Positions 50,331 to 59,350 of a stretch of 64,000 nt of DNA are shown here, piece after piece. Where the stretch lies: the IMG/VR virus record IMGVR_UViG_3300038428_000082, one strand, 5' to 3'. Within the stretch, counting starts at the first letter, position 1. Each line of letters begins with the position of its first letter. Position numbers and translations under genes: made by a program. The notes beneath the pieces were generated by a model, which saw only the letters and a program-made list of their open reading frames with translations, was not told the origin of the DNA and did not search any database. This DNA comes from an uncultured virus (IMG/VR IMGVR_UViG_3300038428_000082) (taxonomy: Duplodnaviria > Heunggongvirae > Uroviricota > Caudoviricetes).

Positions 50331-51880
50331 TTTGCCTCCTCGGTGGGTTCGTCTTTCTTCTTTTGCTCGTAGACTTCCTTGAGGAGACAAGGGTCACCGG
50401 GTTTGCCGCCGCCGAGGACCGTCTCCTTGACAACCTGCACAGTGGGTTTACCATAGTAGCCGAGCCGGTTGGCTTGGTCCATGTATTCCCAGTACTTCTT
50501 TTCGTCCAACTCGAACTCCGGGTCCGTGAACATGGGAGTGAGGATGGAGTTCAACCGGCGCATGTTGAGTTTCTCTTCCTCGGTCTTACCATTCTCTCCC
50601 CGTTCTTCCGCCCCTACCCAAATAAGAAACAGTTCCGCCTTGATGGGGTTGCGGAGGATGGACTCCAATACAGCGGCGTGGGGGTCAAGGTCGGTTTCCA
50701 CAGCCGGTTCGGTTTCTTGATTGATAGGTTCGAGCTTGCCGGATTGCAGGTCCCGGCAGTCTTCGAGCGCATCCTCGGAGGCACGAGCAAGTTGTTCCCT
50801 TAACCGGTCCTCATAGGGCCTTCTTGTTACGCCGCTTAAATAGGTCATCAAATTCATGACCAGAGGGACCTTCTCGTCAGGCCAGTCAGACTGATAGACC
50901 ATGCGGAGCATGTGGTCCCGTTCAAAATCGGTGAGCCGGGGGTCAGGTAGTGACCGCAGTTGTGCCACGATTCCCACCTGCTTCAAAATCTTTGCCGCCG
51001 TGGCTCGCATGGTTGCCCGGTAAGTCAGCGCCTTCTCCAAGATGTCGGCTTCGAGGAAGACCTTGGGTTTTTCATCCTCTGTAGCCCCGGTGGTTATATC
51101 CCCGGTTTCGAGTTCGATGAAGGCGTCCACTAATGGCGTGGGTGTGTAGTCGGCGATAAGCCCCAAGAGGTCCGCCCGGAACAAGTCGAATAACCGTCTT
51201 GCCAATGGATTGGGGCTGCCTCCCTGTGAGAAGTAGTTGGGGCATTCCCGTCTAATGAACGCCCACAGGAAGTCGTCGGAGGCATCTTTAAGCTGCCGGG
51301 GGTCCTTGACCCATGCTACCAATTGAGAGTCGGCGTTGATGACCAGACCCTCTTGTTTCTCGCTACAGGTGCATTTCAGGTCTGGTTCGGGCTTCGGGAC
51401 TTCCCACTTGTTGGCGGCGAGCATATCCGGGTAGAGCCGGAAATTCCATAGACGCACGGGGCAGGTTTCGTTGGGGTGGGCAATGATGGTATGGAAATAC
51501 CGGCCTTCCCCAAGGATTTCCGTGTATTCTTCCAAGTCCGCCGTGGTGATGGATACGAAGATACCATCCGCTGTCATGTACTGGCGTCCAATGCTGGCGT
51601 TGCCGCCGAATACTGCTTTGCGCTCGGTGAGGAACAGGTTCTCAATCTTCTGGAAACGAGGGTCGTGAATCATCTCCCACGTCTGTCCGAGGGTATCCAC
51701 GTAGCCCTTGTCGCCAAATACCAGTTGGTCCAACATCTGGCAGTACTGGTACTCTTCTTTCTGCACATCACCTTCGATGAAACGATAGATGCGCTTGGCA
51801 TCATCAGCTATACCCAATAATTTTTGAATCGACCGGTCCATTATGCCTCTCTCTACTTCCGTTCCATATTGGTTGTCCAT
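50327..51880 (-). CDS. hypothetical protein
   Basis: 517-aa ORF. Confidence 0.7.
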   Translation of the reverse strand: MDNQYGTEVERGIMDRSIQKLLGIADDAKRIYRFIEGDVQKEEYQYCQMLDQLVFGDKGYVDTLGQTWEMIHDPRFQKIENLFLTERKAVFGGNASIGRQYMTADGIFVSITTADLEEYTEILGEGRYFHTIIAHPNETCPVRLWNFRLYPDMLAANKWEVPKPEPDLKCTCSEKQEGLVINADSQLVAWVKDPRQLKDASDDFLWAFIRRECPNYFSQGGSPNPLARRLFDLFRADLLGLIADYTPTPLVDAFIELETGDITTGATEDEKPKVFLEADILEKALTYRATMRATAAKILKQVGIVAQLRSLPDPRLTDFERDHMLRMVYQSDWPDEKVPLVMNLMTYLSGVTRRPYEDRLREQLARASEDALEDCRDLQSGKLEPINQETEPAVETDLDPHAAVLESILRNPIKAELFLIWVGAEERGENGKTEEEKLNMRRLNSILTPMFTDPEFELDEKKYWEYMDQANRLGYYGKPTVQVVKETVLGGGKPGDPCLLKEVYEQKKKDEPTEEAK

Positions 51881-52862
51881 CCTCGTCCCATGCGATGGTC
51901 CATCCCAACTCTTTGAGTACGGAAGTTATCTTGTCTCTTACGTGATTTAATTCCAGCCTTGTGGCACAGGCGTCAGCGAGCCGTCTTACTCCCGTCACTT
52001 CTTCTTTACCTACAGCGTGTGCGTGGCGGCATTGGTCCCTGATATCCTCCAAACCCGGCAACTTCTCGCCAACGAGGACCCGGAGACGACCCATTTCGGC
52101 ACTGCTCTTGTCCACCTTGGATGCCAAAGCATTCAAATCCGGGTGGACCTTTTCCAACTCGTGTACCTTGCCCTCCAGACGGGTAAGCCGCTCCTCCGGG
52201 GTTTCCTGTGTTGCATTCGGTCCCCATCTCTTCTTGGGGTGTCGTTTGTCCCACTCTTCCATTACCGCCTTGATGCATACCTTAAAGCAGGTCTCCCACG
52301 TTGCCGTCTCGAAGTTGACTACAGTGTTGCCTGATGCACGGCAGCTATCGAATGCTTGCCGGATAGCCCGCTCGCTCTCCCAGACGCAAATCCACGCCAG
52401 TGCATCCACGAGGGTGGTTTCCCCGCAGGCACGTTCGGTAGCTTCGATGAGACTCAAGTGGTCTATCATATTATCGGCTAACTCCGCCGTTTTCTTCTCC
52501 TCATCTGTGGGGTTCGGGCTATCCCCCGCACAATCAAGCTGAGAACAACGTCTTGCCATTAAGGTGAGACGTTGCTCCACTTCTTCCATGCAGCAGGATT
52601 GCGCTTTTTCTTGCAGAAGGGTGAGAAGGTCTTTGATGGGAAATTTCTTAGGAATGTCGGTGAAAATAGTGCTTAGTCCCAGAACCACGCCGCTGGCGTA
52701 CCCCGGCATTTCTCCGGGTTGATGCGGGTGGTGGTAACCCATGGCGAGGAATTCAGCATCCCATGTCAATGACTCGAACTCAAATAGCCGGTCCCACCGG
52801 GCGTGGATAATCTGGTCGGTGTCGAAGTCCGACCGGTGAACCATCACGGGAGTAAGTTTCAT
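51804..52862 (-). CDS. hypothetical protein
   Basis: 352-aa ORF. Confidence 0.65.
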   Translation of the reverse strand: MKLTPVMVHRSDFDTDQIIHARWDRLFEFESLTWDAEFLAMGYHHPHQPGEMPGYASGVVLGLSTIFTDIPKKFPIKDLLTLLQEKAQSCCMEEVEQRLTLMARRCSQLDCAGDSPNPTDEEKKTAELADNMIDHLSLIEATERACGETTLVDALAWICVWESERAIRQAFDSCRASGNTVVNFETATWETCFKVCIKAVMEEWDKRHPKKRWGPNATQETPEERLTRLEGKVHELEKVHPDLNALASKVDKSSAEMGRLRVLVGEKLPGLEDIRDQCRHAHAVGKEEVTGVRRLADACATRLELNHVRDKITSVLKELGWTIAWDEDGQPIWNGSRERHNGPVDSKIIGYS

Positions 52863-52913
52863 AAAGAATAATACTGGGATTTTTCCAATTTTTGTGTATT
52901 ATTTATACAGCCG

Positions 52914-53498
52914 TCAATCATCGTCCGGCTTGACTTTGTAGTGTTCTTCTCCATGGCAATTTTTACATAGTGGTTCTAGGTTATCGGGATTGTTACTTCC
53001 CCCATCTACAACATAAATTTTGTGGTGAAGTTCGATATTATAGGGTTTGTCATACTTACATCGAACACAAATAAGGGCAGCCTTGCCGAACTGACGAACC
53101 CACTTTAATCTAAGACTAGCTCGATTAGTAATGACACCCCAATCCATGCGTTGTCCAACATTTTTGCACTGTTTTGAACAATAGTTCTTCTTTCTTTTTC
53201 GGAAACGAATGGCCGATTTATATCGTTTATATGATTTCCCACAGATGCAACACTTAAATTCAACTTTACCTCGACAGTTGGGGCAATAGTGGTTTTTTAT
53301 CCTATCAGTTGGCATCCCGACCTTGATGAAGTAGTTTTTGCATACGGAACACCCCACTGTGTGGGTCTTTACAGTTAATTCCCGCCGACATTTTTTACTG
53401 CAAAAGTGCCTCTGATTCCTACGTTTTAACCACGTTTGTATCCGATTTTCAGACTTTGAAAACGTTTTGTTGCAACCACTACAAATTACGTCAGGCAT
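52914..53498 (-). CDS. HNH endonuclease with Cys-rich repeats
   Basis: FCSKKC and YCSKQC; ELHH..GGSNNPDNLEPLCKNCH. Confidence 0.8.
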   Translation of the reverse strand: MPDVICSGCNKTFSKSENRIQTWLKRRNQRHFCSKKCRRELTVKTHTVGCSVCKNYFIKVGMPTDRIKNHYCPNCRGKVEFKCCICGKSYKRYKSAIRFRKRKKNYCSKQCKNVGQRMDWGVITNRASLRLKWVRQFGKAALICVRCKYDKPYNIELHHKIYVVDGGSNNPDNLEPLCKNCHGEEHYKVKPDDD

Positions 53499-53668
53499 AA
53501 TCACCCCCACTATATGAAAGTCATAGTCAACGTATATTTTGTTTGTAGAGTATTTTATAGTGGAGGGTTACGCCAAGGAAAATCACCTTGACCCCACCAG
53601 CCGAGAGTACGCCTTGACGGGCATATCCACGGCGAAGTCCAACGCCATTTCGTTACGGGAGGCACAGA

Positions 53669-53992
53669 ATGCGGAAATCAGCACCGGTAAAAAAACCAAA
53701 GCTGGTAGGAAAGCCAGCGTCACAGTATAAGCTGCTGGACGTGATACGAGCCGCCCTCGATTGCCGCAGCCATTTCGGCGATGTCAAGATTGTTCAATCG
53801 AAAGAGGACAAGCGGGACGGATTTCTTGTTGGTGAGAGTGCCACAGTCATCTGCGGTCTGTGCGTGGACCGGATGTGGGAGGCGCTGGGGCTGGAGAAGA
53901 GTGAACACATCCCCCAGCATGGGGAGTATTTCAACTTGCTGTGGGAGGCGAAGCAACGTGCCAGCAGCGCTCGCAAAAATCGAAAAGAGTAG
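53669..53992 (+). CDS. hypothetical protein
   Basis: GGAGG RBS. Confidence 0.5.
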   Translation: MRKSAPVKKPKLVGKPASQYKLLDVIRAALDCRSHFGDVKIVQSKEDKRDGFLVGESATVICGLCVDRMWEALGLEKSEHIPQHGEYFNLLWEAKQRASSARKNRKE

Positions 53993-54350
53993 TTGGCTGT
54001 GTTCCATCTGCCCGGAACCGGGAGCTTGTTGTCGCAGGTTTTGCCTGCCTTTCCATGAGAAAGACCCGGTCATCCCCGAGACTTTCTGGAAAGTTTCCAT
54101 GTTTGAAGATGGGCAGGCGATGCTGACCGCTGCCGGGATGCCTTTTAAGGTGGGAGGGATAGAGGAGGAGTTTCAATCCAAGGAGGGGGAAATTGTGAAG
54201 CTTTGGTACTACTGCCCCAAGATTACCCCCGAGGGCCGATGCTCCATCTATGAGAACCGCCCCGAGTGCTGTTCGTCCTACCAACCCATGACCGACAACC
54301 TGTGTGTATTTTGGAGACCCGATGTCCCGAGAGAATTGTCCGGTACATGA
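53781..54350 (+). CDS. YkgJ-like Cys-cluster protein (true start probably further downstream)
   Basis: CSIC..GACC..C..GRCSIYENRPECC. Confidence 0.6.
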   Translation: MSRLFNRKRTSGTDFLLVRVPQSSAVCAWTGCGRRWGWRRVNTSPSMGSISTCCGRRSNVPAALAKIEKSSWLCSICPEPGACCRRFCLPFHEKDPVIPETFWKVSMFEDGQAMLTAAGMPFKVGGIEEEFQSKEGEIVKLWYYCPKITPEGRCSIYENRPECCSSYQPMTDNLCVFWRPDVPRELSGT

Positions 54351-54700
54351 CGTAACCTGCTGGCAATGCGGATGGAAATTGTACCGGTGTTCCCGCTGCC
54401 GGGGATGCTATCAGTGTGAGCATGAGGTACTGTACGAAAATGGCGTGTGGATTTGGCTTTGCCGGGACAATCGCAAGCGCCCGGCGATATGTGAAGAGTG
54501 CGGATGTGGGCAGCAAAAACAGACCCAGCCTATCCTAACCGGTTGGAAATTTCCCACCCCTATTATGCAAGATTGGCCGGTTAAATTCTGATGAAAATTA
54601 GCCGGTTTTCTTTACACCAAAATTAACAACTACCCACCCCTTTAGTGAATCCGCCAGAGGATGCGGTCCCTATCCTCTAATTCAAACCACAGGAGGAATT

Positions 54701-55009
54701 ATGGCTTCAATTATGATAGAGGTAGACCTCTGGGAAGGCACCATGACGGTCATGAGTGATGCTGAACTGGAGGAGTTGGATGAGGTGACCGAAGGTGAAG
54801 AGGTTGCCGAGGTTGAAGAAGTAGCCGAAGACGGTGAAGTCTCCGCCGACGTGGAAGTGGATGGAGAGACCGAAGAGTTCGCCGAAGAAGAGGATGAAAT
54901 CGAAGCCGAGCAGGCGGAGATTGACGCTGAGCAGGCGGAACTGAACGAGCGGCAGGAAGAGCTTGACGCACGCCGGGCTGACTTCGAGGACCGCCTCAAC
55001 AATGCGTAA
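54701..55009 (+). CDS. extremely acidic small protein
   Basis: AGGAGG RBS; E/D-dominated, no Lys; own terminator. Confidence 0.7.
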   Translation: MASIMIEVDLWEGTMTVMSDAELEELDEVTEGEEVAEVEEVAEDGEVSADVEVDGETEEFAEEEDEIEAEQAEIDAEQAELNERQEELDARRADFEDRLNNA

Positions 55010-55016
55010 CTGACAT

Positions 55017-55042
55017 CCCCGGAGGGCAGCCTCCGGGGTTTC
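55017..55042 (+). terminator. intrinsic terminator between convergent genes
   Basis: CCCCGGAGG-GCAG-CCTCCGGGG-TTT. Confidence 0.7.
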
Positions 55043-55051
55043 AGCTTGGCG

Positions 55052-55444
55052 TTATAGCTCTACAAATTCAATGTCTAAGACGTAGTAGGAAATGAGTGGG
55101 AGAGTTCCCGTTACTGTGATGAATCCCTCGTCCAGTTCCGGTTCTTCTTCAAGGTAATCGAACGGGTTGTATCCAGAGATGGTTTCGGCCCCGATGATTT
55201 CGACCAACTTGTCAATGAACGCCGGGTCGTCGGACTTCACTGTGAAGTCTTCCTTTTTCAGCGTCCCAAAAATTTCCGAATGCTTGCCGAGAATTTCCCC
55301 GAAGTAAACTTCCTTGCCGAGGGACTTCTCGATTTTTTCCTTGGTGGTGACGAACAAGCCTTCAACATCGCCCATCCGTTCTTCATCCCAAAAGAATGAA
55401 ACCAGTACCCTGTGCTCCGACTCAGCGTCCTTCTTTTTGCTCAT
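55052..55444 (-). CDS. hypothetical protein
   Basis: YFGEILGKHSEI block; GGAG RBS. Confidence 0.6.
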   Translation of the reverse strand: MSKKKDAESEHRVLVSFFWDEERMGDVEGLFVTTKEKIEKSLGKEVYFGEILGKHSEIFGTLKKEDFTVKSDDPAFIDKLVEIIGAETISGYNPFDYLEEEPELDEGFITVTGTLPLISYYVLDIEFVEL

Positions 55445-55479
55445 GGCTCTCCAGTCTTCTGCTGCAAACTTGGAACTCC

Positions 55480-55869
55480 CTATGGACATGGGTTGGTTTT
55501 GATGTCCAGCAACTCCGGGGGAAGCTCGGGGTCGGTATAAAATAGAATGGCTCCGTTTTTTCCCCAAAAATCCAGAACTTTAAGCAACTTCCCCACGAGT
55601 TCGGGATGGGTTGGATTGTACCACCTGTCCGGTCCAATGTTGACCCAAACAATCTTACGTTGCTGGTCTCCCGGTACAAGGTCAAAGAGGAAGCGTTCCC
55701 CGACAATAACAATAACATCCGACCAATCGAACAGCACTCGCTTGGTAGCCTCGGAGGTGTATCCCAATCCTACTGATAGAACGTCTCGCTGACCATGGTT
55801 CAGCTTTAGCAGCATAGCCAACGATACCGACCTGCTGTTTCCACCGTAGTAGCAGCAAAGAATCCTCAT
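55480..55869 (-). CDS. low-molecular-weight protein-tyrosine-phosphatase-like protein
   Basis: MRILCCYYGGNSRS..WSDVIV. Confidence 0.55.
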   Translation of the reverse strand: MRILCCYYGGNSRSVSLAMLLKLNHGQRDVLSVGLGYTSEATKRVLFDWSDVIVIVGERFLFDLVPGDQQRKIVWVNIGPDRWYNPTHPELVGKLLKVLDFWGKNGAILFYTDPELPPELLDIKTNPCP

Positions 55870-56078
55870 GCGGTCTCCAATCCCTCCGGGCGACCCTTCG
55901 TCCAGGTCTTCGCCACGGGGTACTGGATTACCCGCCCTCCAGGGTAGACCTTGTACAGCCACTCCGGGCGGTCGTCTACCTGCGCCCATACGACACGCCC
56001 GAGGTTCTCCGAGTGCCCCTTGGCATCGTTCAAGGAGGCTACGACCCTCACGTTTCGCTTATCGCAATCGAGCAGCAT
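55866..56078 (-). CDS. hypothetical protein
   Basis: AAGGA RBS; overlaps the next start. Confidence 0.5.
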   Translation of the reverse strand: MLLDCDKRNVRVVASLNDAKGHSENLGRVVWAQVDDRPEWLYKVYPGGRVIQYPVAKTWTKGRPEGLETA

Positions 56079-56096
56079 ATGGTGTTCCTTGGGAAT

Positions 56097-56171
56097 TGGA
56101 AGGGGAACCGGGAGTCCAACCCGGATTGCCCGTTTAGAAGACGGGTGCCTTTTGCGTTAGACGATTCCCCC
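56097..56171 (-). tRNA. tRNA-Arg(TCT)
   Basis: CCCGT-CTTCTAA-ACGGG; CCA end; variant T loop TTGGACT. Confidence 0.8.
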
Positions 56172-56178
56172 GTAAATT

Positions 56179-56268
56179 TGGTACCCCCGGCAGGACTCGA
56201 ACCTGCGATGCCTTTCGGCATAGACAGTTTAGGAAACTGTTGCGATGTCCATCTCCGCTCACGGGGGC
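56179..56268 (-). tRNA. tRNA with CCT (Arg) anticodon and long variable arm
   Basis: ACAGT-TTCCTAA-ACTGT; extra arm ATGCC-GAAA-GGCAT; ACCA end. Confidence 0.8.
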
Positions 56269-56278
56269 GTAAACTTGT

Positions 56279-57076
56279 TTATTTCCTTCCTAGCCTCCAA
56301 CCATCACAGAGGCGGTTAATAACTTCGGATGCCGCAATTTTGATTGCTACGCCATCTTTACATAACCAGCGCACAGGTGGTCTTTTTCTATTAGCTTCCC
56401 TCAAGGCTGCTATTACATGCACCGGTCGTGGTTTCCCACGCTTTGCCTTGGCTATTTTTTCACCAAAGCCTTCTGGCATTTTTTTGCCTTTATTCCAAGC
56501 CGAGGTTCTTCCTTTTAATGCTTCCCGCATTTTTTGCTTACTGGTATCGGAGTGTTTCCAGCCAGACTTGTGGGGAGCTTGTGGTTTTCCAGCTCTTCTC
56601 CTGTTTGATTCTGCAACAGCCTTTCTAGTGCTTTCTGGGACTGAGTGTCCCCTTTGGGAGGCACTCATCCTTTGTCTAGTCTGCTCTGAACAATGCTTAC
56701 CAAACATTGGATTTCTTTCGCCTTTGTTCGCCTCTTTGAATTTTTGACGAGTAGCCTCATTCGCAACTACCCCTCCGCCTCCAAGAGTTGAGTTGTATCC
56801 ATATTCAGGGTCGCACGCCTTAAACTTTTCAATATAGGAGACCTCAAGGGTATCCAATTCTTCTTTGGAGAAGGCAACATTTATACGATAGGCTTTGAAG
56901 CTACCTTCTCCATATTTTCGGATGGCATTATAGAAGTATGCACAATTTGTCCCACCCGCTTTGGCTCTCCTACAATGAGCCAGCCATCGCTCGTGCAGGG
57001 TTCTTATGGTTTGCCCGATATATACCTTGTTGTTGACTTGGTTTACGATAATGTATACTTCCCCATATGGCTCCAC
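56279..57076 (-). CDS. GIY-YIG endonuclease with NUMOD3 repeats (Seg-like)
   Basis: VYIIVN..YIGQT; GYNST; MFGKHCSEQTRQRMS. Confidence 0.85.
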   Translation of the reverse strand: MEPYGEVYIIVNQVNNKVYIGQTIRTLHERWLAHCRRAKAGGTNCAYFYNAIRKYGEGSFKAYRINVAFSKEELDTLEVSYIEKFKACDPEYGYNSTLGGGGVVANEATRQKFKEANKGERNPMFGKHCSEQTRQRMSASQRGHSVPESTRKAVAESNRRRAGKPQAPHKSGWKHSDTSKQKMREALKGRTSAWNKGKKMPEGFGEKIAKAKRGKPRPVHVIAALREANRKRPPVRWLCKDGVAIKIAASEVINRLCDGWRLGRK

Positions 57077-57109
57077 TTAAACTCTCCTTCAATGAATGGG
57101 GTAAGTAGT

Positions 57110-57661
57110 TCATTTATCAAGTACAACATTCCAGTATAGGTACGGTGCGTAATCTTTCCACTCGTTCCTTATCTTGCTGATATGCAGCTTGAAGTTGAAG
57201 CGGGGGTCCGTGGGCTTCGGCGTATAGGGCTTGCTGAGCAAGGTCATGCCCGCCTGCGCCGGGGTACGTCCGGCCTTTTCCTTGTTGCACGGCATACAGG
57301 CGATGGCAAGGTTGTCCCAGTCGGACTTGCCCTTCTGGCAAAGCGGGATGACGTGGTCAATCGTGTATTCCGAGGTGTGGACCACCTTGCCGCAGTACTG
57401 GCATGTTGCATTGTCACGCACTAACAGGTTGCGCCGGGTGCAGGGGACGGACTGCTTCTTACGGCGATGCCAAGCGTTGCGAACGACTATCACCCTTGGC
57501 ATGCCCATTTCAAAGGACGGTGAGTGCAGGACCTTCCCGCCCTCGTCCTCCTTGACAATCTTGGCACGGTCCTCGAACCAGAGCTTGACGGCGTTCTGCC
57601 AGCCCATGAAGCCCACGGGTATCCAGTTCATGTCTAGTACAAGTACGTCAGCGTATCCCAT
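57110..57661 (-). CDS. McrA-like HNH endonuclease
   Basis: VLVLD..RDNATCQYCG..TIDHVIP..WDNLAIAC..CN.EKAGRTP; AAGGAGG RBS. Confidence 0.85.
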   Translation of the reverse strand: MGYADVLVLDMNWIPVGFMGWQNAVKLWFEDRAKIVKEDEGGKVLHSPSFEMGMPRVIVVRNAWHRRKKQSVPCTRRNLLVRDNATCQYCGKVVHTSEYTIDHVIPLCQKGKSDWDNLAIACMPCNKEKAGRTPAQAGMTLLSKPYTPKPTDPRFNFKLHISKIRNEWKDYAPYLYWNVVLDK

Positions 57662-57679
57662 AGAGCCTCCTTATCTAAG

Positions 57680-58245
57680 ATTCGGAAAACCGTTAATCCT
57701 CGCTCGTTGCCACACCGAATGTGATCGATGGCTAATTGCCGGTAAGCCTGCGCACGACCCCTATAGCCGTCCATCGCTCTTCGCACTCCGGTATCCGCCC
57801 ATAGGACTAGGCGGCGAGTCAAGCTTTTAGGGTTTGGGCGGGGTGTAACCGGTCTTCTCTCAGGTTCATATCCATCGAATTGGCCGGTCTCATTGCCGTA
57901 CACCATACGGGTTGATGTGGTCGGGTTTCTTATGGTGTCTCACCCCGAGGCCCACTGCGTTGTCCTAACGCTCTCACCCCGCCCGAACAGCGCCCCTGTG
58001 ACCACGCCCTTAAGACATCGCCCCCGGTTATGTCAACTCACCAGAGACTTAGGTCGGTCAGGAGCACCAACTTAAACCCAACGGCGTGCAGCCAGCGTAC
58101 TGGCGGTTTGGCTTCGCTTTCTACGGGGTTAATGACCGGTCCCCCTCGTCGCCCGGAAGCCGCTTGTGCAGGCACGGTATCCCGATTTCTGCCACGACAA
58201 CCGTTCCCATCAGTCTTGCCGACCCTACGGGACCTTGCACGCCAT
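57680..58245 (-). ncRNA. large structured non-coding RNA (unidentified)
   Basis: No credible ORF; helices GGCGTGCA/TGCACGCC and GGGCGGGGTG/CACCCCGCCC plus many hairpins; GTGGTATTAC promoter motif at 58251-58260. Confidence 0.6.
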
Positions 58246-58284
58246 TCTTGGTAATACCACAGAGATTGAGAAACAAACGAATAA

Positions 58285-58629
58285 TTAAATTTCAGGATGG
58301 TGCTCCTTCCTGTGACAGTTAGAGCATAGTATTTCGCATTTTCTTATCTCAGCAAGGATTCGTTTCTTTCCCCAACCTTGGTTCACAGCTTGCCTTATTG
58401 ACATGTCTTTTTTGCTTGAATCTCTATGATGAAAATCTAAACATGCAGGATGATTTTCCGGGCAACGAGCACATTTTAGAGAGCGTTTGAACTCCTTGAA
58501 CCAATCTCTAATTTCTTTCCTTTGGTTCTTTGCTCGGATAAGATATGGCTCTTTGTGATTTTGATAATGTTTTCTCCTGTATGCTTTCATTTCTTCTTGA
58601 TGAGATGTTTTCCAAGCTTCTGTCGCCAT
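58285..58629 (-). CDS. HNH-like endonuclease
   Basis: CARC..LDFHH..KCEILCSNCHRKEH. Confidence 0.8.
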   Translation of the reverse strand: MATEAWKTSHQEEMKAYRRKHYQNHKEPYLIRAKNQRKEIRDWFKEFKRSLKCARCPENHPACLDFHHRDSSKKDMSIRQAVNQGWGKKRILAEIRKCEILCSNCHRKEHHPEI

Positions 58630-58704
58630 ACAATCCTCCAATATATGAGTTGCATAGCGTAGATTTGGAGACTCTATCTGCACCAAAAATTTACATTAGA
58701 ATCT

Positions 58705-58794
58705 TGGCAGGGGTGGAGGGATTTGAACCCCCAGTATCCCGAAGGAAGACGGTTTTGGAGACCGCTGGGCCGAACCAGATTGCCCGTCACCCCT
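58705..58794 (-). tRNA. tRNA-Trp(CCA) with long variable arm
   Basis: GCGGT-CTCCAAA-ACCGT; extra arm TCC-TTCG-GGA; GCCA end. Confidence 0.8.
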
Positions 58795-58802
58795 AAACTC
58801 AC

Positions 58803-59117
58803 GCCGGTGTCTTATCCAAATAAACGAAGGTCAAGACCAAGAGTACCATGGTTATCTTGGTCACAGCTACCATGAGGCTACGCTGTACCATGTCCTACGG
58901 GGACTCGAACCCCGTTTTTCCGGCTGCATCATGGGAGACGCTCTACCATTGAGCTACGCCCCGCATGGCGGGGCGACGGGACTCGAACCCGCAACCTTCT
59001 CCCTGAATCAATCCCCGGTATCCTACCATTGAATGACGGGTCGCTGGGGGCGTTCTGCCTGACGGGAAGGCTACTCCATGCGATTATCCGGTGGGACTCG
59101 AACCCACATTTTCCGGG
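58803..59117 (-). ncRNA. three tandem circularly permuted tRNA-like units
   Basis: Each unit reads anticodon-stem 3' strand, T arm (TTCGAGT), acceptor, D arm, anticodon-stem 5' strand. Confidence 0.75.
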
Positions 59118-59123
59118 CTAGCT

Positions 59124-59198
59124 TGGCTCCGAGGGGAGGACTCGAACCTCTCATTAACCGGGTCAGAGCCGGTTCTCCTACCGTTAGAGGACTCTGGA
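59124..59198 (-). tRNA. tRNA-Gln(CTG)
   Basis: ACCGG-CTCTGAC-CCGGT; slightly irregular acceptor; GCCA end. Confidence 0.8.
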
Positions 59199-59261
59199 AT
59201 ATCTTGCTATTTACGTCAACTTTTAGCCCCAGAGGGGTAAACTTGACGTATAAATCAATCT

Positions 59262-59340
59262 TGGTCGGCGTGGGGAGATTTGAACTCCCGACCCCTCCGC
59301 CCCGAACGGAGTGCTCTAAACCGGGCTGAGCTACACACCG
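59262..59340 (-). tRNA. tRNA-Pro(CGG)
   Basis: CTCCG-TTCGGGG-CGGAG; ACCA end. Confidence 0.9.
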
Positions 59341-59350
59341 AAAATTTAAA

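Noticed and set aside
57680..58245. tmRNA, RNase P RNA or group I intron
   Set aside because: No Ala acceptor with CCA, no RNase P GAGGAAAGUCC-type core, and no interrupted host gene or recognisable P7 was found by eye.
58640..58685. Second tRNA-Trp (CTCCAAA loop)
   Set aside because: Only an anticodon-like hairpin is present, with no acceptor or T arm; at most a remnant.
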